The notes under the pieces are model-generated. The model had not been told where the DNA came from. It worked only from the letters and a program-made list of their open reading frames with translations, and did no database searches. From the human T2T-CHM13v2.0 reference genome, Homo sapiens: 64,000 nucleotides of DNA. Shown one piece after another: positions 28,466 through 46,057 of the stretch (the stretch's first letter is position 1; every line of letters starts with the position of its first letter). Location of the stretch: the NCBI RefSeq assembly GCF_009914755.1, contig NC_060930.1; one strand, 5' to 3'. The position numbers and the translations under genes were made by a program.

Positions 28466-30165
28466 GTTTGTTTGTTTATTTCTTTTCATTTCAAAATGTT
28501 GAACTTTGGGCATTTAACAGAAATTTAACAGATATTTCTACAAAGCAGATTTTTTCCTCATCTGCTGAGTAAAACCATCTAACATAAGTAAAGGTTAAAG
28601 GAAGTAAATATTTATCTCAGTGGTTACAAACTGCATTTTAACAAGTTAGGAGCCGACTCCTCTGGCTCACTGTGTTGGCTCCAGATAGATGGTCCAGGGT
28701 CCCCAGGCATGGGAGCAGGGCTCACCCGGCAGGGCTCCTTCGGGTGAGTGTGAACAGGGCCCTGGAGGCAGCTCCTGAGGGTGAGAGCCAGATGCAAATT
28801 AGTTTTTTTGAGAACTGGCAGTTTTCTCTGCCTTACCTGTGGATGTCAGCAAACTAGTTGTTAAATGTATTTCTGTCAAGGTTCATTTGTCATATTTCAA
28901 ATTCTTTAAAGACCAAGTCTGAGGTCAGCAGTGAGGACCACAAATCTTAACTGGAAATTATACCTTTATCATATACTACAAGGGTGTCAAACCCTGGTAA
29001 GTCAGTTACTAGCCTGAAGAGATTTTCATTTCACTTTAAATTATCAGATTTTCATTGTCTCCTCATTAGCATGTCAATCTCAGTTTCTATGGTAGGAAAA
29101 ACTCCCTAATTACAAAATAAAAGTAATTAAAAATAAACCTCCATGAAAGAACAGACAGGTTGAGTCACACAGCTTTAACAGAGGTGTTATGATCTAGGTT
29201 ATGTGGTATCAGAGACACAGCTGAGTGCTCATTAAATAATAACAGGACATTTCATAATACGTTAGTTCTCAGCATTTTAACCCCTGCTCTCCACCTCTTT
29301 TCCTCGTTTTCTCCCCATAGCAAATTGATTTAACCTCAGTTGAGCATTTAATGAGTGTCCACTTTAAGCCAGGCATTATCCAAAACAGCACTGTACTAAG
29401 CTTTCATTCTGGCCTCTGCTCTAGCACAGAACCCTCCTCTCACCCTCACATTTATACTTTGTGGCTTTGTACCCTGGGAAGTCTTGAGGAAGCCTTTGGT
29501 GACCGAAGCTGTACAGATATGAAGGGATGGTCTCCAGCCAGAGGACTTCAGTCATCTGCATCCATTAAAATGTGTGTCCTGATTGCGCTTCATAACAAAT
29601 ATTCTCAGAATGCCAGAGGCTAAATGGAACTGTGCCAAGTGCTCCATTACACCTGTGCAGCTGGCTAAGCTGCAGAACTGCTCAGGTAACACTTTTTATT
29701 TGTTCAAAATTGTTTCCTTTTATAAAACTGCTGTCAAGATAAAAGTACAAAACTTAAAACATTAATTAAGAGGGTTAAAACAGTAGTAATCATTAGAATG
29801 ACAGCACCAAAACCTTCTAAAGTAAACCAGAGTAAAAGAAAAGCAATTAGTGCTGTTGCAATTTGAATATGTTTTATTTGTCAGAGTTTGAACTTCTTTT
29901 ATTAAGATATGGGGTTTTGCCTAGATTTAATTTTAAATTAATTTGGCTTTCAATCTGTATGGTATTGATCAAGGGATCAAGATTGTATTGAGTATGGTAC
30001 TGACTTCTGTCTACTGATTTTCTGAGCCTTTAATACCTCTAATAATGGCCCATACTACTGGTTCCTGCCCAGGTGACTATACAGCATTTACAGGTGCAAT
30101 CCAGTGGATGCTGTCTAAAAACAAAATGAAGTCTTGGGACTATTATTAACCTCATTTTGAGATGG

Positions 30166-30190
30166 AATAATAATAATAATAATAATAATA
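30166..30190. repeat. (AAT)8 microsatellite
   Basis: Direct reading. Confidence 0.9.
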
Positions 30191-31664
30191 GACTCAAAAG
30201 GGTTAAGAGGCATGCACTTTTGGCAGGAATGGGCAAGTGAACCTCAGATGTAGCTGCAATGGGCTTCCAACACTGGACTTTTTCCAGGAAAGGCATTGGC
30301 CTCTCTGCTTCTCTTTTGAACACAGCTGATTTAGCCACATTTTGATGTGGCATGGTGTCTGTTAAAGCAATTCCAAACATGAGGGGAATCTCCTTGATGT
30401 TATGTTCTATGTATATGTGTCCATGTGCACATGAATGTGTGTGTGTGTGTGCGCGTGTGAGCATGGGTGTGTGTATTTTCACCTCTAACTCTCCTACTCC
30501 TGAACCACCAAGCAGTGCTGGGGCTGTGAGATTTTCTGCCTGGATAGTTCCCTCTTGTGCCATCAGATTCTGTCAACATTTCTCTTTATCTTGGATAACT
30601 CTTTCAGGAGTCACTTAAAACTAAATGGAAGGTTATAGAACTAATTTAACATTAACAAATTCATTTTTGGTGGTGTTTTTGATGAAAGCAAATAAAAGCG
30701 AATGTTTTATTTTCTTTGGTTGTCAGTTGCAGGTTGAGGTAGAATTGAGTAGCAGAAATTAGAATAATGGAAAACAACTTCTGTATCTTTTAAAGCAGCT
30801 TTTCAGTTGGAAGATGCCAAGTACAAACTTTAGTACATCTTTTTTTGGCAAATGAATAAGATACTTACAGACAAGGCAGCAGGAGACTTAATACATTTGT
30901 GCATTCTCAATATCCTTGATATATCACTACTGTTAACTTACAATAAAGGAGGAAAAACAGCTGGCAGGCTGGAAAATAGTTCTTTCTGAAACCTCGTTTT
31001 ATGTAGAGTGAAACTTTATATGATGTATTTTTTTATATTCCAGTGATTTTGCAAAATAATAGAATAAATACAAATTGAATACAGCAGTTTTTTTTTCTAG
31101 GAAGAACAATTGTTGGGCATTTTTGTGTTACTACTTAGAATTGGGAAAATTGTACCTCCTGGGGATAAAGTGTTAATAATAATGGTAACTGTCTACTTTT
31201 AGTAAAAGGTTTATTTACATTACACAAAAATCCTCATTTGGATGAAGCTTTTACATAAGGTGGTTATTTCTGAATAATTTGGTTTCTTTCCTGGTGTTTA
31301 TGTAGCTCTCCATTTTGTACTCTTCTAGGACTTTCAAAAATGAGTTGAACCCACTGTAACACTTATTGTTTATAATATATCATTAAGAAAAAATACATGT
31401 TTCAGAAAGCTAAACCACCCTGTTCTAGGAGGCTCAAACATTTAAATATAATACATTTTTGGAAAAAAATATTGTTTTTTCCTAACTGAAAGCCATAGCA
31501 GTTTATATTATTATAAGTTTAAAAAATTTTCTAGCCATGTTTTGTAAACATAAATATGCATTCTTCCTTTAAGAAAATCAATATTAAAAATGACCACTGT
31601 ATATCATTCTTCCCTATATTTAGAGTATATGTGTTTTAATTTTTCTAAAAATTAATCTAATTTA

Positions 31665-31998
<334 letters not shown>

Positions 31999-33091
31999 AA
32001 CTGTTATGGAAAATTACCAAAATTAAAATATTTAGTTAGATTCAAAATGTACTAAGTACTAATGAAGTCGGCAAGTAGCTTATTTATTTTACTTATTTCA
32101 CACAGATTATTCCTAATCTGGAGGCGTCTGTCATTTTTCTGGACCACTATAATAGTTTTTACATGAAAGAGGTGAAAAAATATCTAATATAATTCTATTG
32201 ATTAAAAAACTTCCAAATAATGCATGGTTACATATTTTTCTTGGCATGATAAACAAATATTTGCTTAAATGTTCTGTTTAAAACTTTGATGAATTGATAC
32301 ATTTGGACATTGAAATGTTATCCAAAGGGAACTGAAACATTATCCAAAGAATATGCATTTTTTTATCAGACCACAAAGCTAACAAAGCAAGAAATACGTT
32401 TCCATATGTCTCACCTACTAGCTCATATGATGGGATTCTTCTAAATTTATTTTCATTTGGATGACAAAACTGCATGCATTTCAGCCAGAAGTTTTGAATG
32501 GAATAAGATTTCAGAAATTGTGTGTTGATTTCAACTACAATAGATTCCATTTATATTTTGAGATAGCACTTTATGTAGTATTTCAAAGTGTTAGATTGTA
32601 TGAATAGGGAGCTGGAGTTTGGGGAGGCATTCACAGAGTAGCATGACTAAGACCTTGGGCTATAGAATCAAACAGGACTATGTTCAAATCTTGGTCTTTC
32701 TCACTTCCCATGTGCATGAACTTAAGCAAGGTACATGGCTTATGTGAGTCCCAATTTTCCCATTTATTTATTTATTTATTTATTTATTTTCAGGTAATTT
32801 TTTAATTAGAAATTCCAAATTTTAAATACCACAATATGTTATATCACAGATGCCTCTTTTTTTTTCTTTTTTTTAATTTTTTTTTTATTATACTTTAAGT
32901 TTTACGGTACATGTGCACATTGTGCAGGTTAGTTACATATGTATACATGTGCCATGCTGGTGCGCTGCACCCACTAACTCGTCATCTAGCATTAGGTATA
33001 TCTCCCAATGCTATCCCTCCCCCCTCCCCCCACCCCACCACAGTCCCCAGAGTGTGATATTCCCCTTCCTGTGTCCATGTGATCTCATTGT

Positions 33092-36915
<3,824 letters not shown>

Positions 36916-36978
36916 TATGATGTTAGCTGGTTATTTTGCTCATTAGTTGATGCAGTTTCTTCCTAGTCTTGATGGTCT

Positions 36979-37995
36979 TTACATTTTGGCATGATTTTGC
37001 AGCAGCTGGTACCGGTTGTTCCTTTCCATGTTTAGCGCTTCCTTCAGGAGCTCTTTTAGGGCAGGCTTGCTGGTGACAAAATCTCTCAGCATTTGCTTGT
37101 CTGTAAAGTATTTTATTTCTCCTTCGCTTATGAAGCTTAGTTTGGCTGGATATGAAATTGTGGGTTGAAAATTCTTTTCTTTAAGAATGTTGAATATTGG
37201 CCCCCACTCTCTTTTGGCTTGTAGGGTTTCTGCCGAGAGATCCGCTGTTAGTCTGATGGGCTTCCCTTTGAGGGTAACCCAACCTTTCTCTCTGGCTGCC
37301 CTTAACATTTTTTCCTTCATTTCAACTTTGGTGAATATGACAATTATGTGTCTTGGAGTTGCTCTTCTCAAGGAGTATCTTTGTGGCGTTCTCTGTATTT
37401 CCTGAATCTGAATGTTGGCCTGCCTTGCTAGATTGGGGAAGTTCTCCTGGATAATATCCTGCAGAGTGTTTTCCAACTTGGTTCCATTCTCCCCATCACT
37501 TTCAGGTACACCAATCAGACGTAGATTTGGTCTTTTCACATAGTCCCATATTTCTTGGAGGCTTTGCTCATTTCTTTTTATTCTTTTTTCTCTAAACTTC
37601 CCTTCTCGCTTCATTTCATTCATTTCATCTTCCATCGCTGATACCCTTTCTTCCAGTTGATCGCATCGGCTCCTGAGGCTTCTGCATTCTTCACGTAGTT
37701 CTCGAGCCTTGGTTTTCAGCTCCATCAGCTCCTTTAAGCACTTCTCTGTATTGGTTATTCTAGTTATACATTCTTCTAAATTTTTTTCAAAGTTTTCAAC
37801 TTCTTTGCCTTTGGTTTGAATGTCCTCCCGTAGCTCAGAGTAATTTGATCGTCTGAAGCCTTCTTCTCTCAGCTCGTCAAAGTCATTCTCCATCCAGCTT
37901 TTTTCCGTTGCTGGTGAGGAACTGCGTTCCTTTGGAGGAGGAGAGGCGCTCTGCGTTTTAGAGTTTCCAGTTTTTCTGTTCTGTTTTTTCCCCAT
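36979..37995 (-). CDS. LINE-1 ORF1p (RNA-binding chaperone), intact 338 aa
   Basis: MGKKQNRKTGNSKTQSASPPPKERSSS...NHAKM, full length with no stops. Expression is not demonstrated. Confidence 0.9.
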   Translation of the reverse strand: MGKKQNRKTGNSKTQSASPPPKERSSSPATEKSWMENDFDELREEGFRRSNYSELREDIQTKGKEVENFEKNLEECITRITNTEKCLKELMELKTKARELREECRSLRSRCDQLEERVSAMEDEMNEMKREGKFREKRIKRNEQSLQEIWDYVKRPNLRLIGVPESDGENGTKLENTLQDIIQENFPNLARQANIQIQEIQRTPQRYSLRRATPRHIIVIFTKVEMKEKMLRAAREKGWVTLKGKPIRLTADLSAETLQAKREWGPIFNILKEKNFQPTISYPAKLSFISEGEIKYFTDKQMLRDFVTSKPALKELLKEALNMERNNRYQLLQNHAKM

Positions 37996-38449
37996 CTTTG
38001 TGGTTTTATCTACTTTTGGTCTTTGATGATGGTGATGTACAGATGGGTTTTTGGTGTGGATGTCCTTTCTGTTTGTTAGTTTTCCTTCTAACAGACAGGA
38101 CCCTCAGCTGCAGGTCTGTTGGAATACCCTGCCGTGTGAGGTGTCATTGTGCCCCTGCTGGGGGGTGCCTCCCAGTTAGGCTGCTCGGGGATCAGGGGTC
38201 AGGGACCCACTTGAGGAGGCAGTCTGCCCATTCTCAGATCTCGAGCTGCATGCTGGGAGAACCACTGCTCTCTTCAAAGCTGTCAGACAGGGACATTTAA
38301 GTCTGCAGAGGTTACTGCTGTCTTTTTGTTGTCTGTGCCCTGCCCCCAGAGGTGGAGCCTACAGAGGCAGGCAGGCCTCCTTGAGCTGTGGTGGGCTCCA
38401 CCCAGTTCGAGCTTCCCGGCTGCTATGTTTACCTAAGCAAGCCTGGGCA

Positions 38450-38647
38450 ATGGCGGGCGCCCCTCCCCCAGCCTTGCTGCCACCTTGCAGTTTGATCTCA
38501 GACTGCTGTGCTAGCAATCAGCGAGACTCCGAGCCAGGTGTGGGATATAATCTCGTGGTGCGCCGTTTTTTAAGCCGGTCGGAAAAGCGCAATATTCGGG
38601 TGGGAGTGACCCGATTTTCCAGGTGCGTCCGTCACCCCTTTCTTTGA
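38450..38647 (+). CDS. LINE-1 ORF0 (antisense 5' UTR ORF), 65 aa with a 6-aa in-frame deletion
   Basis: MAGAPPPALLPPCSLISDCCASNQRDSEPGVGYNLVVRRFLSRSEKRNIRVGVTRFSRCVRHPFL*, in good Kozak context GCAATGG. It lacks the VGVGPS of the 71-aa consensus. Confidence 0.75.
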   Translation: MAGAPPPALLPPCSLISDCCASNQRDSEPGVGYNLVVRRFLSRSEKRNIRVGVTRFSRCVRHPFL

Positions 38648-41600
38648 CTCGGAAAGGGAACTCCCTGATGCCTTGCACTTCCCAAGTGAGGCAATGCCTC
38701 ACCCTGCTTCGGCTCGCGCACGGTGCGCGCACCCACTGACCTGCGCCCACTGTCTGGCACTCCCTAGTGAGATGAACCTGGTACCTCAGATGGAAATGCA
38801 GAAATCACCCATCTTCTGCGTCGCTCACGCTGGGAGCTGTAGACCGGAGCTGTTCCTATTCGGCCATCTTGGCTCCTCCCCCGCAATTTTCCCATTTATA
38901 AAGTAGATCTTATAGTAGTATTTACCTCAGACTGTAATGACAGTTGAGTGAAATAGTGCATATAAAGTGCTTGGCATTAGAATGTGGTCAGTAAATATCT
39001 GTGTATCAGTTTCGTCCCCTGCCCACCTGATAAGCTCAATGATGACTTAAATTATATACTTACACCTCATCTATTTGGAAAATTATGTTGTTTTTAAAAT
39101 TGTAATAATTAAAAATTTACAAGAGTATTAATATTTTTATGTAATACCTTTATTACATAAAAATATTTTATTTGTGCTCAGTTTAGCCCAACCCTATAGA
39201 ATGTGATGAAGAGGTGGAACTACATTATGATCCTTATTTTTCAGTTGGGAAACCAAAGCAATGAAAAATTAATGAAATTGGCCAGAGTTGCACAAGACAT
39301 AGCCTAATAGGAGTTAAGTATTTAAGTTAAGATTCCACAGATCTAGAACTTCATTTGAATGGGAGAAAAATTATATCATGAAGTGGTTGATACAGTTGAT
39401 TCTATAAACAGGGCATTAAACACGTTGATTTGGAAAGCACTGAGTTTTCCTTCGCAGTTGTTTTTTATACTAATAATAGTAGAAAATTTTCCATATACCT
39501 TAAGTGCTTTCAAATTTATTTCTAGAATACTGACAGAAAAAAAAAAACACCTTACTTTTAAGTGATGGAGAGGTCTTTCAAAATATCATGCCACAGGGAA
39601 ATAATATTTTTTCTTGGCACTTAATTCCAAGTAAATGCTTAGCTTAGCTTATGATACACATGTGGTGTTTCTCGAGGACTTTAACACTGTCGTTGTTGTC
39701 ATGCATTTTCTCACACAGACATTGCACTCTATATTTTGTATAAAATTCTATTCTTAGCCATATATAAATTGCTACTTTGCTATTCACAATTTTGTTATAT
39801 ACAATTACTCAATTTTGGTTTCACCAAAATACATATTATTTGCCATTTTGTTGAAATATGCCCTGCAAGACAAAATATGCTTGCAGTTAGTAAGTATCTG
39901 ACAGATTAAAACAATTTAAAAAAATCAATATGGTGGCCTAATTCCCTGGTCTGTTATTTAAATATCTTTTCACCTGATTAACCATTCTACATCTGCAGAC
40001 CTATGGGAAGAATTCCTAATTTTATTCCATCTTCATTTACAGTAGGGACATAAATGTCTGTTGATCTTATCAAATTATTTTTAAGAATTTAGGGATTTTG
40101 TCAGAATCATTAATTCAGCCAACCTGGTTAGTCCATTTATACCATAGCCTCAGGTTTCCTATATCCACATATGCCATTCAGAATTACTAAGGCATGGAAA
40201 GCGTCTCACAAAAGAAAAACTTTTACATTATTTAAACAGTGTCGTATCCACAAAATAAACGATATGCTGTTCTTGGTTCACCAAGCAAGCACTTTGCCAT
40301 CTCTGGGTCCCCAGTGAACAGCTACTCATTAAACCCAGATACATTTGGACATCAGACCCCCTCTCTAACAAGGAAAGGGGTCACCACAGGGAGGAATGCA
40401 GGCCTGCCAGTCAGAGTCATCTCCCACCAGAAACCTGCTTTAATGAGCATTTTCTTGCTTCTCAGGGCAATCCTCATGCTCTCACTGTGCTCTCAGCAAG
40501 AACACCTGGGATTCTTCAGCCTTGCCATGTGTGGAGAACAGCCCAAAAATAGGCCTGCTAAGACTTCCAAGATGGATTGCTAGACTTTGTGAGTCACCTC
40601 TGAAACCAAAAGCTCTGTGCTTTGTGATTTTTGTTTGCATCATTAGGATGAGGAATTTCAGCAAACCTAACCACAATTACCTGTGACTAATCTTAGCAGA
40701 TATAAAAGCAAGTGTTTCCTCTTTCAAACCCACATAAATATACAAAAGGCAAATAAAACCTTGAATTGGATAACCCATTCCCAGCTATTCTTCAATAAAA
40801 TATTCATAAAACAAAAACTTTGCAGTATAAATATGGTATTCTACTAAAAATGCAAAATATATTTCCCAACTTGGTGCAGCTTTGTAAATATACATTAACA
40901 TTCAGTGAGAGTAAAGAATAATTACATTTCATGCATTAAACAGATTTCACTTTGTGTCTTCATAACAGAGAGATAGGTCATCTCCGGAAGGATTCATGGG
41001 TAGGCTGGGATTCTCATGAGACTAAAGCATAAACCAAACTGGACTTTGCAGAATACATAGAATGAGATTTATCATGCAAGAGCTATGCTTTGCCAGAGTG
41101 AACTCCTGTGCCCATATTCTGTGTCCTGTCCCATGTTTTATGATTAAAGAGACATATCAATGTTAGAAGGCTGTGTGTTGCTTGTATGCACTCATAACAA
41201 GGTAAGAGCCAGAACCTGGAAATAATCTGGAAACAGAAAAAGGATGATCTAATACAATGTCCTGATAAATATGGATTCATTGATTGAGTTAGAAAGGAAG
41301 AGCACAGAAAGGAAAGACCTGGAAATGGTGGCATTGGTACCATAGAGTATCTATTCCAGAGTCAAAGGAAACAAAAAAAAGAAAACATGCCTGAATAAGC
41401 TATCACCTCTCAGTTACTTATGGCATAGGGAGAAAGGGAGAATATGGTTAAAGAAAATGCAGATAAAAATTGAAACGCTAATTTCACCTGGTAGTTTCAA
41501 TTTGCCTTAACCATCTAAGTACATTTTTCAAAGCTTAAAGTGATTTTGTCAGGTTCATGGAATTGCAATCTTTAATGACTCACATTCATGTCTAGATGAT

Positions 41601-42609
41601 AAATGATGACCTACATTTCCAACACCCCATTAGCCAATGTTCTTAAATCACTTGAGCAATATTAGCCCTCACAAACTTTAAGAATACCAAGTATTATTAC
41701 CCTCCTTAGTTTGTAGAGGAGAGAAAAATGGAGATTTATATAAATAAGGGAAATCAGTTGTCCAAGAATAACTGTGTATATTAGGGCTAACTTAAAATAT
41801 ATATCCCCTGATTCTGCTCAGTTATGTGATCTTATACCCATTTTACTTTCTACCCCAAAGTTACTGGTTCCTGAACTAGGAAGTGCTGTAATTTTAGAAG
41901 CTTCTAAAGGAATGCAAATTCTTTTTGGCCAAATGTGACTCACAATACAAACACAGGAACAATTGTTTACTTCTGTAAATTCTAAGATGGTGCAGGTTTG
42001 GTCAGAAATGTAATTACCTTAGGGCCAGACTAGAATAACAGTTAAATAAAAACTGGAAGAGAAGATGTTTTTATAGAAATTAAGTTATGGGAGAGTAAGA
42101 TACATATCCAGAAAGCAGGTTTCTGCCTTTCAGAGGAGAATATTTTCTTAAAGTTTGTGAAAGGGTGCAAGGGGCAAGGGTTGGATTGGTTCTCAGACCA
42201 CTGAGGGGATTGGCAGGAGACTAAAGTATGGAACCACTGGGGTGCTGGAACTCACCCACATGGGCTTGGGAGAGCCAATTATTATACTGGGATTACAGGT
42301 GTGAGCTAGACTGCCTGACCTAAAATTTTGTTTTTTACAAAGTAATAAATACTCAAAATTTATCACTCCCTAATTATTTAACTACATTTTTACTATTATC
42401 TGTGCCATTGAGGTTATTTATGTCTATTTGTATTAATGGTAGGAATGCTAAAAATGGCATGCAACTATGCATTTCTTTCTAACTCTACTTTCGGTAACTT
42501 CGTGTTGAAACTTAAATTTGATAATGGTGGGAGTATTTACATGAGGGAAATTGGCAAGCAGCACAGCTTGATTTATTGTTTTGTTGATTATCTAAATCAG
42601 GATTCAGTA

Positions 42610-42808
42610 AAAGAGGGCATGCTTGCTATGTGTTGTTATAAATAAAGTTTCCCTGGAACACAGCCATGTCCATTTACTTATGTACTGTTTGTGACTAGTT
42701 TTATGCTACCATGGCAGAGTAGTTTTAACAGAGATGTTAGACCCACAAAGCCTAAAATATTCACTGTTTGGCCCATTATAGAAAATGTTTCTATACCCTT
42801 CATCTAGA
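42610..42808. mobile_element. MER58-like hAT-Charlie fragment
   Basis: AAATAAAGTTT...GGAACACAGCCATG.CCATTT...CCCACAAAGCCTAAAATATT.ACT.TTTGGCCC.TTATAGAAAA. Confidence 0.7.
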
Positions 42809-43076
42809 CTTTAAAAAGTGATGAGTAAATGTTAAAAATGCAAATTAAACTTAAAAGCATGTTTTTTTAGTAGCTATTACATTGTGATTAGCACACAAAA
42901 CTGAGGAAATACTTTTTTCAATATTGGAAAACTGTTATCTGATTCAGTAATCACAGTATTGACTATTATGTTTGAACTTAAGTGTGCTGAACCAAAAAAA
43001 GGTTTTAATTTAATGAATATAATCTGTATGATGGTGGAAGATAGCTTAATAGTAGATCACATGTCAGACTTAATGA

Positions 43077-44272
<1,196 letters not shown>

Positions 44273-44826
44273 AGAGTTAGTGGATTGAGATACAACTCTG
44301 TTTGTCAAATTATAGTTAATTGCAATCATAGGTTGGCTATGGATATAGGAATTGAGCAAAAATCAACTAAAGCATTCTGTGAGAATCAGTTGGAATTTAT
44401 AATAAAGTATATTGTATATTTTATTATCATTAGTAAACTGTGTGCTATATGTCCTTTATATTAGTAAAGTTTAGAATAAACTTACATACATATGTAACAT
44501 ATATAATATCGTATATTCTATATATAATATATATACACACACATACACACATATTCCCAACACAGAGCTGGTTGTTAATATTTACCAGCACACCACTGTC
44601 AAGATTGGGCTTTCTCTTATCCAGGAACTGAGATCCGCTCTGGTGGAAGGATCCCAGGTGGCCTGGGTTCGGGTTCCCAGGTTCTATGTCTGACTCCTCC
44701 ACTTAACTATCTGTACGACTCTGGGCAACTTGCTTAGTTAGACTCTCAAGTGTTAGTTTCCTCTTCTGTTAAATGAGAGCTAGATTGAGTAATCTGTAAG
44801 ATTTTCTGCTATTAAAAGCTATCACC

Positions 44827-45232
<406 letters not shown>

Positions 45233-45588
45233 TTAATGTCTGTCAAATTAAGTTGAATAGCGTTTTTCTCAAAATGTTGTGGATTCTTAAATATAATAAT
45301 AGCTAATATTTCCTGCCTTACTATGCACCAGCTGCTTTATCTCATGTAATTCTTTTAATTCTATGTGGTAGCTACAGTTACCGATTCCGCTTATACAAAG
45401 TAATTGAGATTTCCTGAGATGTCACATCTAATAAATGGCAAACTGAGATTCCAACTTGGATCTATCTCACTTCACAGAAACCCTCTTAACTACTATGCTA
45501 CACTACTTTTTATCCAGAACTAAGATCTTCCCTGAAATGCTAATCATGGAGAATCCTTCTGCATGCCAGAAAGTGAAATGACAAATAA

Positions 45589-46057
<469 letters not shown>

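Noticed and set aside
30039-30563. 174-aa ORF with a poly-Leu, TM-like stretch
   Set aside because: The poly-Leu and HT repeats come from the (AAT)n and (TG)n microsatellites; no homology recognised
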